A DNA stretch of 64,000 bases, from positions 42,656,001-42,720,000 of the forward strand of contig OX597830.1 of the NCBI GenBank assembly GCA_951406725.2, read 5' to 3'. This document shows positions 24,596 to 37,030 of this stretch, piece after piece. The notes beneath the pieces were generated by a model. The model ran no database searches. It worked only from the letters and a program-made list of their open reading frames with translations, and was not told the origin of the DNA. Source of the DNA: Octopus vulgaris (lineage: Eukaryota). How positions within the stretch are numbered: position 1 is the first letter of the stretch; every line of letters begins with the position of its first letter. The translations under genes and the position numbers were made by a program.

Positions 24596-24847
24596 TTATT
24601 GATTTTTCATCTTCACCACACATCCTAGATACGGCGGAGGAGGTGATGGCGCAAGTGCTGAAATATTGTAATTTTGCTGGTGAAATACATTATTCAACAA
24701 TCCGAAATGTTCGGGGGAGGGCCGGATCACTGAATTGTTTTTTCTTTCCATCACTGGCTTCAATCGCTTCAATGAAAATGATGCTTGTAAGGTGCTTAGC
24801 TGTTGCACTGTCTCAGCCTCGCCATCAGCTGCAAGTGTTTTGAATTG
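24596..24847 (-). CDS. Candidate terminal coding exon of an unidentified gene (PPxY motif)
   Basis: Poly-T acceptor tttttttttaaAG at 24849-24848, then 83 open codons QFKTLAADGEAETVQQLSTLQASFSLKRLKP...SALAPSPPPPYLGCVVKMKNQ and TAA TAA TGA. The sequence is non-repetitive and relatively CpG-rich. No family recognised. Confidence 0.4.
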   Translation of the reverse strand, partial: QFKTLAADGEAETVQQLSTLQASFSLKRLKPVMERKNNSVIRPSPEHFGLLNNVFHQQNYNISALAPSPPPPYLGCVVKMKNQ

Positions 24848-27022
24848 CTTTAAAAAAAATTAGAAGAAAATGCCAGTCTTCCCAGTTGTTAGGATTTGAG
24901 TATTTGAATAAATACATTCAACTCATTTTTGTTGTTCTTGTCCATTTGCTTTCGTACATTATATCCCTGACCTAGTGCTTATCGCTTTTTAATTCGATGC
25001 TTCAAGTAAATAAGCAATAATCATGTTTCAGATAGAAACTATATAGCTTAGATGTAATATGCACGTAACGAAATACGAGATGAATGACGTAAGTAAAGAA
25101 AAAAACAAAATGAAATAGTGGTCAATATTCTTATGAGCAACGAAAAAAACGTTTCTTAATCATTTGCATACGTTGTATAGGAAAGAAAAATACAATGACT
25201 GCAATTTTGTAAAGCTGATTTTCAACAATAACAGTAAATAAATATTAGATAGACATAGCAACTGCATTGATTACGTGTGGGCTATTTTGGTATTGACTCA
25301 TGTTTTGTTCTTGTTGTTTTGTAATTAATACAGTTGAGAAAATAATTACGAACAGAAATGTCGTTTTAAATATGTAAACTTCGACCCAGTAACGAACTTT
25401 TTTTATTTAGTTTTATTTTTTTCAAAGCAAGCGAAACATCCGGTATGTAGTAGAGTCCCAATTAAGTCGCTAGGAAAATAAACAACGGCTATAACCGACA
25501 TTAAGACTTTGCAGAGACTGGTCGGGGTGGGGGGTGTTTGTTTTCATCTTTAGCTTAAACACATATGCAAAAAAGAAAAAAAGCAGAACAGTTTTCTGAG
25601 GTATATAGCAAATCAATAATTTCGTAGAAACAAGTTATACCAACTGCTAAAAATAACAACCAAAGTACCTTCAAATTATACCAAACCGTATGGAAAAAGG
25701 GAGGGGCACATTTTATAATCTAGTTCTAGATATGGAATACCCGAAAGAACGGGATGGTCATGACTGGAACGCCCTTCACCATAGATATGATATGCTCATT
25801 TAGCGTTGAGACGAACAACTGCATATTGCAAAACTCCGCTCTGAATAAATAAATATAAACAATGCCGCCCGTATTACGCAGTTTTATAACTGGTCCATGA
25901 TCAAGTGAAGCACAGCAGATTCTAATAGAAATGCAAATATAAAACAACAGAAATAAATAAAATATTTAAATAATGCAGTAAAACAGTTCTGCAACGATGC
26001 TTAATACATACCAAAGATTCTAAATGAAAGCTTTTACAATAAAAACTGTCAGCTATGTTTTCTTTGTGGATTGACTCGATACAGTGAAGAAGGATAGTAT
26101 ATACCACGTGGAGTTTTCTGACACTGGACTTCAAACGAACAACTTTTTCTATAAGTGTTAAAAGAAAAACATTTGTGATGTAGAAAAAAAAAAAAAACAT
26201 TCTGAAACACAATCATGTATTCCAAAAATAAACAACTTTAAATAGATCATATTTAATCTTGATATGATAATAATAATCGAGATTAAGATTTCGTAAAATA
26301 TCCACATAAACAGATATGTATTTTTTTATATTAAAAATTAAAATGTGGAAAACAATCACTAATCATTATTACATTAGAAATTATATTATTCGTAAAAAGT
26401 ACAAAATTAAACGTTTACTTTTATGTCAGAAAAAACCTGAGTCAACACTACTACTATCATGACACGGAAACAACATTCGCTAGTTGTTGTTGTGAGGTAT
26501 GAATGCGAATGCTACCTCAGTGAATTTTGATTCCACATAAGTTAGTCAAGAAGCAGGATGTCAAGCAACAGTTAAAATTTTCTAGTTAAACCTTTTCTTT
26601 TTGTTGTTTTAATCCCTAATAAAAGCTACGAGAAGCCTTCATAACAGGATTTCATGTTTTATTTTATTGCTTTATCGAATACAATTTATAATACTTGATT
26701 TCTTCGTATCCTGCATACGTGTATTGCCATTATATAAATTGTATTGGCCATAACTATTCTTTTATTTATCTTTCACTTGTTTCATTTATTGGGCTGCGGC
26801 CATGCTGGGACATCGCCTTGAAAGGTTTTAGTCGAACGAATATGGTTTTTTTTTAAAAACCTGATACTTATTTTATCGAATTTTTTGCCGAACCGCTGGA
26901 TTACGAGCGGGAGCATAAACAAAGCGGCACTGGTCGTCAAGCGATGGTGACCATCGGCGTTAGGTGTTGATATTGATATTGATCGGTATTTTTGCATGGG
27001 TATGTCTTCATTAACATTATTG

Positions 27023-27443
27023 GGATCTTTTCCGTTTGAACGGCAGTTTTTTCTAGAGGTGTCATATGAAATTGTCACCCATAATTATGACCCTAGTATC
27101 GATCTATTGCATTTCAATCTGTTTTAGGGTCAGTTGGGGTTAGGGGCGGGGGAAGGGTATCTTTTTTTCTTCACAAATGTAAATAAGCCCAATCTGTTTC
27201 TTAAACGAGGGACATATTCATACGGCACAGAATGTTTTTTTTTTACCTCAATAGACGTCATTGATTGGTTGAAATTGCAGAAATTGAAGAAAAAACAACA
27301 AATATCTTACGAACAATAGAATTTTCTCAATAAAGCCAAAACAAAAAGATAATTTATAAACATTCTACCAGTATACCAAGTTTAAAAGTGTTTAGTTATG
27401 TGGAAATTATTTTAAAAAACTGCCGTTCAAACCGAAAAGATTC
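27023..27443. mobile_element. Non-autonomous TIR element with 8-bp TSD (Mutator/Merlin-like)
   Basis: TIRs GGATCTTTTCCGTTTGAACGGCAGTTTTT and AAAAACTGCCGTTCAAACCGAAAAGATTC; TSD CATTATTG (27015-27022 and 27444-27451); internal TTAGGG-like run. Confidence 0.85.
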
Positions 27444-27559
27444 CATTATTGTTATTTATATTAATTTATGACAATAACTATTTTTATAACTGTATATATT
27501 TTTATTTTCTGTATTAATTTTATTGGTAGACTGTACTTTTCCTGTTTGATTATTTAATG

Positions 27560-28170
27560 GGATCTTTACCTTTTGACCTACAGATTTAAAAAATAATTTT
27601 TTGTAACTAAACACTTTCAAACTTCGGACACTGGTAGAATGTGTCATATAAAACATCTTATACTCTTAGCATTTTTGAGAAAAACTTATATTTACGAAGT
27701 TATTTTACATTAAAGAGGTTGTATTTCAGTAATTTCAACCAATCAATGACGTGTATTCAGCTGAATAAAATTACTGCTGTTGTTTGTCAACAAGAACTTC
27801 TGGCAGTCTATATTTCGTTTGTCACTGTTATTTATGACAACCCTAAGCCTAACCCTAAAACATTAAAACCAGTACAAACTCACGAAGAATGTCATAAATA
27901 ACAGTGACAAACAAAAAATACACCGCCGATAGTTGTTGCTGACAAACAACAGCAGTAAGTTTATTCAGCAGAATACACGTCATTGATTGGTTGAAATTAC
28001 CAAAATACAACCTCTTTAATGTAAAATAACTTTGTAAATATAAGTTTTTCTCAAAAATGCTAAGAGTAAAAGATGTTTTATATGACACATTCTACCAGTG
28101 TCCGAAGTTTGAAAGTGTTTAGTTACAAAAAATTATTTTTTTAAATCTGTAGGTCAAAAGGTAAAGATCC
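27560..28170. mobile_element. Foldback MITE with ~280-bp TIRs and 8-bp TSD (Mutator/Merlin-like)
   Basis: Arms at about 27560-27839 and 27890-28170 are near reverse complements (hence the mirrored ORFs 27641+ and 28088-). TSD ATTTAATG; spacer contains CCCTAAGCCTAACCCTAA. Confidence 0.92.
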
Positions 28171-28371
28171 ATTTAATGTTTTCATTATGTTTTCAATATC
28201 ATATATATAAATTTCTTTGTATGTTCTTCCCTGATGATATTCTGGCTAATAATAATTAACTAAACTGATTAAATTAAATTGATTGTATACTATAAGTGAT
28301 GAATTGAAACACTTGTAGGTCTTTCAATATATTAATAAATTTTTATTTATTTTATCTCTATCCTCTCTCTT

Positions 28372-28424
<53 letters not shown>

Positions 28425-29046
28425 TCATCATCATTGCTTAACGTCATCCTTCCATGCTAGCATGGGTGGGATGGTAACACAAGAGCCAGCCAGCCAGGTC
28501 AAAGCGGGCACAAGATTTCTGTGACTGTTTTGGCAGGATTTTTACAGCTGGATGCCCTTCCTAACACCAACCACTCAGCAGATGTTGACCATGCTGGGGT
28601 ACTGCCTTGAAGAATTTTTTAGTCAAATTAATCGACACCCAGGACTTTTGTTTTAAGCTTGGTACTCTTTTTTGGTGAACCACTAAGTTTCGGGGATGTA
28701 AACACACCAACACCAGTAATCAAGCAGTAGTGGAGGACACATACAAACACAAAGGCACACACATTTATACATATATATATATCAAGTCACCCCATAAGTA
28801 AGGTTCAGACTTCTATATAAATCTACTCTTTTATTGTTGAGATTAACAACTGCATATTGCAAAACTCCGCTCTGAATAAATAAATATAAACAATGCCGCT
28901 CGTATTACACAATTTTATCACTGGTCTATGATCAAGTGAAGTACTGCAAATTCTAATAGAAATGCAAATATAAAACAACACTTTAAGAGTATTTTAAAAA
29001 GTCTAATGGTAGCAAGTAATATTTATATGTATTTGGACATATTTAA

Positions 29047-29267
29047 CCCTTTAGCATTTATACCGGCCATATCCGGCCAAAAGTATTCTGCCTGTTTTAT
29101 GTTCAAACTGACCAGATCTGGTCTCTCACACCAACCCTACAATATCGTTTTAAAAATTAACAGCTACCTCATCAAAATCTCATAGCAACAAGATAATGCA
29201 TGATTAGTTCAAAACAATGTGGATGAAAAAGCATTAATTTTGGCAGAATAATGCGAACACTAAAGGG
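29047..29267. mobile_element. piggyBac-like MITE
   Basis: TTAA|CCCTTTAG...CTAAAGGG|TTAA. A decayed relative lies at about 20435-20628. Confidence 0.88.
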
Positions 29268-29334
29268 TTAAACTAATTAAATTACATTTTGCTGAATCAT
29301 CTAATTGAAATTTCATTACTTATAGCTCTTCAAA

Positions 29335-30092
29335 CATAGGAGTATCTAAGAAGCATTTGAGGCACATAATGCTTTATGAATTTAAAAAAGGGAACTCTTC
29401 AGCTGAAGCGACTCGAAATATTCATTCAGCTCATGAGAAAAGTGCCTGAATGAAAGAACTTGCAGAAGATGATTTGTAAAATTCAGAAGTGGAGATTTCA
29501 GCTTTGAAGAGGAGGCTTGAACAGGATGTCCAACTGAGTTTGATGACAAACTCCTTTTGGCAGAACTTGAAAAAGATCATGCAGTTTCAGTTGAAGAATT
29601 GGCAAGAAAGCTTCGTTCAAGCCATGCAACTGTTCATTGCCATCTTCAATAGCTTGGAAAGGTCCCAAAACATGGAAAATGAGTGCCTCATGATTTGTCT
29701 GAAGCCAACCACAAATCCCAAGTGGACATCTGCTCTTCTCTTTGTTCTTGTGAACTCATCTCACCCTTTTTGGACAGAATGTTAAGCATTGTAGACATTG
29801 GCAAGGTTAAAGAGAAAAGGTCCAACCACAACTGAAAAGGGAACTCCATACAAAGAAGGTTCTTCTCTCTGTTGGGTGGGATTGGAAAGGAGTCATTCAA
29901 TTTGAGTTGCTACCAACTAATGCAACAATCAATGCTCAAATCTATTGTCAGTAATTAGAGCATCTGAATGCTGCTTTGAAGAAAAAAAAAACCTGCTTTA
30001 GTGAATCAAAAGGGAGTGGTGTTTCATCAGGACAATGCAAGACCCCATATTGCAAAGATCATGTCACAAAAGATTGAGGAACTTGGCTGAGA
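29335..30092 (+). mobile_element. Mariner (Mos1/SETMAR-like) transposase remnant
   Basis: Degenerate translation KKHLRHIMLYEFKKGNSSAEATRNI...FRSGDFS...GK*VPHDL...KKVLLSVGWDWKGVIQFELL...VVFHQDNARPH with stops and frameshifts. Confidence 0.92.
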
Positions 30093-30621
30093 AACCTTCC
30101 TCTCTCTCTCTCTGTTCTCCTCCACCCTTTTCTTCCTCTTTCTTAATTGTCCTTTTCCCTACCTCCCTCTCTTTCTCCTTTTCTCCAAAGAACAAAATTT
30201 TCTCTTCTTCTAAACAAAACACAAACACATCCAATTCACAAGGAAACGTTCTGTTTTCATCATTTTCGTTTTAATTTATTTCTTAGAGTTCAGTTAAGTG
30301 TACGAAAGCTCCAATAAAGAATTATCCAAAATTCTGACTGCTTCCTTTTTCTCAATATACAATATCTGTACATCACTTCAAACACTCTATACATACAAAC
30401 ATACATATATGTATATATGTGTGTGCTTGGTGATTCAAACAAGGAAAGAGAACTCATTAGTCAGCAGAAGTTACAGAATGACTCAAGAGCCTAGACTTTC
30501 ATGCATCAGCACTTATCACACTTCACACACTCACTCACACACATGTATGTGTGTGTATATCTTTTTTTTATTTCTGTTTGCTCACTGGACACTCATACAC
30601 TACCTTCAACTGGCAAGTCAG

Positions 30622-30659
<38 letters not shown>

Positions 30660-31275
30660 TGTGTGTGGTGCATATGGATGAGGACAGCTGTGTAAAGAAG
30701 TGCTGATCTCTAACTGTGGAGGGAACCTGTGGTTTAGGTAAACCAGGAAGACATGAGATAAAGTGGTGAAGCATGACCTTTGAACTTTGAGCCTTACAGA
30801 GGCAATGACTAGTGACTGAGACCTTTGGCAATATGCTGTGCTTGAGAAGACCCGTCAAGTCAAGTGAATTCGTAGTCAAGGCTGATGTTGGTGTCATCTA
30901 ACTGGCACCCATGCCAGTGGCAGTGGCACATAAAGAGCACCGTTTCAGAATTGGGCCTCACAGAGGCAAAGTGGCTTAGTTTCTTTCAAGCTTTGGGACT
31001 CCTGAAGGCAATGACCGAGACCTTGAGAAGATCTATCAAGCCAAGCAAAATCACAGATGTGGCAGATACCGATGTCACGTAAATGGCACCCGTGCCAGTG
31101 ACACGTAAAAACACTCATTATACTCTCAGAGTGGTTAGCGTTAGGAAGGGCTTCCAGCCGTAGAAAACCATGCCAAATCAGACTGGAATCAGGTGCTGCC
31201 TTCTAGCTTACCAGCCCTGGTTAAACCGTCCAACCCATGCCAGCATGGACAACGGACGCTAACAGATTATGATGT
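30660..31275 (+). mobile_element. RTE-LINE 3' fragment
   Basis: MDEDSCVKKC...VEGTCGLGKPGR-like C-terminus followed by the common RTE tail. Confidence 0.82.
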
Positions 31276-32213
31276 GGGAAATATAAAATTTCCAATGTTA
31301 CACATAATAAGGAAACAGAGAGAGAGAGAGAAAGATAATTATTAATAAGCCTACATTCAAAGAAATCCTCTACACAGCAGCATTTTACACTAGTACTGGA
31401 AAAAGGATATAAAAATATTACAACTATATATGTGTATTTGGAATGTATTTCCTATTATTGTGTTAGGCAATTTGGTTTTCATGTGGCGGGAATGAACAAT
31501 AAAGCTATCTATGATGAGACTTGAATTCAGGAAGTCGGAAGTTGGACCTGAGTAACGAAAGTATTTGAGTCTGGTGTTTTAGTTTCATTTTGTCACTCAG
31601 CACGTACCAAAATTCTTGTACATTGAAAAGTGTGTGTAGGTGTCAGTGTGTGTGTGTGTTTTCTCCACATTAGTTTCAGAGTAATCTATCCATTCAAACA
31701 GATTCTTATTCGTCAAATCCAAAACTAGATTCAAAAGCGCTGGTCTTCATTCTTTGAGTCTAAATATAATTAAAAATATTCCAACACTGATCATCAGATT
31801 TTTTTTCGGCATAATGTATCCTAGACTACATTATTTAATATAATCTATTATTTTAAAAAAATAGTTGTGTGTGAGTTTAGAAACATTTGGCTGCTATCTA
31901 TTGCAGGATAAGCATTTGTAAAACAGTGAAATCTTATTGAGCTGATGATTTCGTTCCTAAGTTCTGGAGTTTTGTTTTTCTTCGTAATTACTTCTTGAGA
32001 TATTAATAAATTTGTTATATGATTCACTTCTCAGTGTCAACTTCCGGTATTGACGTGAAAATTTTTAATGTTTTCATCAAGTTTTAATTCGCTATTTGTA
32101 AACAACTACAATAAATTACAGGGGCTAATGCAGTTTCGCACCTCTCCTTGAAAAATTAATTTTTTTGAAAATATTTTTTCGGATTCCTACGTTTTAGATA
32201 TCGGAGAACCGGA

Positions 32214-32505
32214 TACATTTCAAGAAAGTGTTTTTTTTATATATATATAGAGGGTTAGGGTTAGGATTTGTGTTAGGGGTGGTAGAAAAGGGTTTCTGTT
32301 ATCTTCAGAAATGTAAACAAAGCCACTTCCGGGGTGATCCTTCGGTATAGATACCGTAAGTGGCTTTGTTTACATTTCTGAAGATAACAGAAACCCTTTT
32401 CTACCACCCCTAACAGTAACTGTAAACCTAACCTCCCCCATATATATAAAAATAACACTTTCTTGAAATGTATAGGGTACTTCCGGTATCTATACCGAAG
32501 TTACG
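32214..32505. mobile_element. Head-to-head pair of short MITE copies forming a palindrome
   Basis: Perfect 58-bp inverted arms at about 32271-32328 and 32358-32415, extending imperfectly to 32214 and 32472. The right copy is bounded by CTTCGGTATAGATACCG-AAGT and ACTTCCGGTATCTATACCGAAG. Confidence 0.75.
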
Positions 32506-32805
32506 CCAAAAATTTTTTAATTTCACCCCCGCATCTCTGGAGGATGTCACGCAGTTACCCCCCCCCCCCAAAAAAAAAAACCTTGACATTTCCGATTTTT
32601 TTTTCAGCGGGTTCCTATGCTTTCGATGACAGAGATTCCGAATATCCAAGAAACCACGTTTTTAAAATTTTTCATTTCATAAGCATATAGTAATGTAGAT
32701 AGATATGAATAAACGGATAGGTATAAATAGATAGACGGCTGAAAAAGTTTTACGATTATTTCAGGCAAACAGAAGTAAAACGCAAATTCTAACTTTAATA
32801 TTTTT

Positions 32806-33230
32806 GTGGCTGTGTGGTCCGAGAAATGTGGTACTCGTAAGTAGCTTGTTTACCAACCACATGGTTCCGGGTTCAGTCCCATTGCGTGGCACCTTGGACA
32901 AGTGTCTTCTACTATAGCCTCGGGCCGACCAAAGCCTTGTGAGTGAATTTGGTAGACGGAAACTCAAAGAAGCCCGTCGTATATATGTATATATATATGT
33001 GTGTGTGCGTGTATGTATGTGTGTCTGTTTGTCCCCCTAGCATTGCTTGACAACCGATGCTGGTGTGTTTATGTGCCAGTCAATTGGCGGTTCGGCAAAA
33101 GAGACCGATGGAATAAATACTGGGCTTACAAAGAATAAGTCCCGGGGTCGAGTTGCTCGATTAAAGGCGGTGCTCCAGCATGGCCGCAGTCAAATGACTG
33201 AAACAAGTAAAAGAGTAAAGAGTAAAAGTA
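32806..33230 (+). mobile_element. SINE family B copy, near full length
   Basis: GTGGCTGTGTGGT...TAAGTAGCTTG...GGTTCCGGGTTCAGTCCC...tail GTAAAAGAGTAAAGAGTAAAAG. Confidence 0.9.
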
Positions 33231-33845
33231 TTTAATTTCGATTTGCTACAATCTCTTCACAGTAAACAAAATCAAAATGTTTAAATTCCGGGGGTGGGGG
33301 TGGGGCTGAAATCTAAAAAATTTGTTTTTCGCATATTCGTAATTTCCGACATCTAAAACGTAGGAAGGCGAAGTTAAATACAGAATAATGATAAATAATA
33401 ATAATAATATATATCTGCATATATAGGTACAGGACGTCACCAACTGTGTAAACAACATGAAATACATAGACAACGAGTTAATTACGTAAACAACGAGAGA
33501 AAATAATGGAAAACAGGACAAGTAAACAGAGAAACGACTTTTTATCAGTTGTCGGCTGCCTATCTACCACTCATTTCGAGCATTCAACATGAAATACATT
33601 TCATGACATGCAAGATAAGAATTGAAAAATAAATTTTACATCCTGTGAATATTTTCTGAAAGTAGAAAACATGACAGTTAATGGGAGTTGTTTTACACTG
33701 AACTATGTGTGTTGATGTATTTATAGAAATGGCAAAACATTGCCATAGAAATATATATATAAATGCCATAGAAATATATATATAAATGTATGTGTATATA
33801 TATATGTATAAATATATGTTTAAGTATATTTAGCGATGTTTCGTT

Positions 33846-34363
33846 TGTCGTAGCACACGTTTCCGTCGATTTCCGTAAAAAATGTAAACACTGAATCGGC
33901 CATACATACATACATACACACACACATATAGATACATACACACACACATACATGCAGACATACATATACACATACACCGAGTAAAAAATTACACTGAATC
34001 GGCCATACATACATACATACACACACACATACTTACACACACACACACACATACATAGATACATACACACACATACATATACACATACACCGAGTAAAAA
34101 ATTTCAGTTATCTCTCTCTTTCACACATTATTCTCTCTGTCTCTTCGCACACACTAACAGAAGCACTTCACTTACACAACATACTGTCTGTCTCCCACAC
34201 CCCATCAAACACACACACGGGGACTTTAAAAAGAAATTCCCTCGTCATAAAATCGTTTCCTCTTAGTCTCTTTCGCTCTCATTACTTCAAATATTCCCGC
34301 AAAGCCATATGTAAAAAAAATAAAAGTTTTTTACGGAAATCGATGGAAACGTGTGCTACGACA
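33846..34363. mobile_element. TIR-bounded non-autonomous element with internal microsatellite-rich duplication
   Basis: TGTCGTAGCACACGTTTCCGTCGATTTCCGTAAAAAA and TTTTTTACGGAAATCGATGGAAACGTGTGCTACGACA; internal repeat ACACTGAATCGGCCATACATAC at about 33888 and 33991. Superfamily not assigned. Confidence 0.7.
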
Positions 34364-37030
34364 TGTGCTACGGAATTTTACATCCTGTGAATATTTTCTA
34401 AACTACCTTGGTGTCTTCCTTTAGCATGTGGGTAAACCTGTGTACTTACTCGCTTGTCCTTGATATAGGTTTATTGATTTTTTCCATAACTGGCCATTAC
34501 ATGCTAACTACCAGATAAAATCATATATAGATTTTATCTTAAAGTTAAAAATATGTTATATATATAGGAAAAAGAAATATAAAAACAATATGTATATAAA
34601 ATATTATATATATAAACAATAGGAAAAATATAGAAAAATTTATTGAAAATGCACCTGAATTTGAAAAAGTTGTAATTGTTTTAAAATTGGGTCCCGGTGC
34701 GCGCACTAGTTAGTCGTAAGTAGTAGATCCTACGACTTTTTAACCCTAACCCTATACCTAGTTTGTTTATAAAAATAATTTATTTACTTAGTTTAAAAAA
34801 TTAGTTTCTGTTCGCTTGTAGTACCTATTTTTTGTTTATCAATGGTAAAAATTGAAAATTGTGAAGTAGGAAAACATATTCAAAAGATTCAATGTTTACA
34901 AAATTCAATAATATCAAATATGATCTAAATGTTCACAACAGTCAATAACATAAAAAAATGTGGATCACCTTGTTTAAATGCATAAAATTCAATATCATTA
35001 GAAGTGATCGATAAGTAATGTGGATCATCAAAGGTTCGGTCACGCTGAGTTAAAAAGAAAAAAAAAGAGAGAAAAAGAGTTTTGTTACAGTCTCTGTGAT
35101 TCTTTCTCAGTTGTGTGCTGCGATTTTCGCTTGTAACGGTGGTTTTCTTTTTGGAATCCAGTGTATTTATAATTCTTTTCCGTGAACGGATCTATTTTTT
35201 GATTCGTAAAAGTACTGATGACGTCTTATCTTTCTGATGGTCAAGTTTGTCATTCTGGCTAGTAGACATCCCTGTGTAGAACGGTCATCAGCCGTCCAGT
35301 TGGTTATTTCTCTTAAAGGGTCATTTTGTTACATTCACTGAACTTCGGTTTTGATCTGGAATAAAATTTCATTGGTCAGCTTATAAACTCTTAATATACT
35401 CGATAGTATATTTTAGGGGAGGGAAGGGCAACTGATTTCCGTCATCAGTGTGCAAAACTCAGTGTAGAAAATTTGGGACGAAAAAAATCTGGTGAAAATT
35501 CGAAATACTTCAAGTGCTGGAACAAATTTAGGAAGAACCATTTTTAACAAATTACTAACAAAAAGAAAAAAGATAAAATGCCGGAAAAATCGGTACATCG
35601 AACACAGGCATTCATGCTTTCTTTCGAGTTACATCCCTTCTCTGTCGAACCCCTGAAAAAACTCCGATAAAAAAAAATTAAAATTAGTATCAGTCTCAAA
35701 ATTCTGGGATCGGCATAATTGATTAAAAACTCTAAGCATACTAAATTTGAATCTGGGGGAAGATTTTCGAGTCAAACAAACAAACAATAATGATTTCAAA
35801 TTTTGGCGCCGAAAAAATCGATGCATCGATCTAAAAGCATTTTGTTGTATTTATTCGGTTGGAGTCACGTCCCTTTTGTCGATGTCCCGATCAATGAAAT
35901 ATCAATCAGTCACAAAAATAGAAGGACCAATACAATCAACTAAAAACTACTGGCTTACAATTGCAGTCCAGTACCCAGTAAAATGTTAATTATATGTTTA
36001 AATCCCGAAGAGGTCTACTTTGCCTTCCATCCTTTTATCAAGGTTGATAAAAATTAAAATATAAATCAAGTACAGGTTCGATTTATATTTTCTATAAAGC
36101 ATCTTATGAATGGAATTATAATAAAAGACGAAAAATGTCTCCTAATGGATCGAATCTGCAATATAAAACTTTCATTGCATCTTTGTATGTGTGATTTTGT
36201 AAAAGAAATACCCCAAAACTTAAGGGTAGTTTGTAGCAATTTTTGCTGCAGTTTTTATTTATTCCGTATTCGATATTTTTTTCAATTTCAGGCGCCAAAT
36301 TCTCCCGCTTTGTAACTAATTCATTTCTTATCAGATCATTTTAAATGAGTCAATATGGGTCTTTAATGTGACACTTCGACATAATTGAAATAACCATGAG
36401 AAATGTTTCTATATTATGAGAGGCAAGATTCTCCGTTAATCTTTCTATTTACATATAATCACCACAGTAACATTGCATTCTAACCACACATCGGATAATA
36501 TAGACCGAAGAAAAGTATCATGGATAAAAAAATAAAAATAAATAAATGAAAGAAAATGGTGTGATGGTCATTACTGAAATATCTTTGAACTTTGGCCAGC
36601 TCGATCAGTGATCAGGGTCTAAAGCAAAGTTGTATTGTTTTTTTGATGCCGTATTGCTTTTTCTAAAAGAATTATATTTTTTTTCATCCTTGTATCTAGA
36701 AATAAAAACAATCCTTTCAGTTTCATTATTCCCACACATCCACTCGAATTTGTTATGAATTGAAAAATTTTACAAATCCAGTATTTTCATCTTTTATCTT
36801 GTTTTTTTTTTGTCATTGGACTGCGGCCATGCTGGGGCACCTCCTAGAAGGGTTTAGCCGATCAAATCGATCCCAGTAATTATTTTCTTTTTCTACGCTT
36901 GGTACTCATTCTGTTGGATTCTTTAAGACGAACCGCTAAGTTACGGGGACGTAAGCAAACCAACACCGATTCTCAAGTACAAGCACAGGTAAAATTACTG
37001 TAATTTTACCCAAGCACAAAGACATATACA

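Noticed and set aside
27641-28088. Pair of near-identical ORFs on opposite strands
   Set aside because: Mirror images produced by the foldback element's TIRs.
29335-30092. Domesticated SETMAR-like gene
   Set aside because: Multiple stops, frameshifts and deletions, and no SET domain: a dead mariner.
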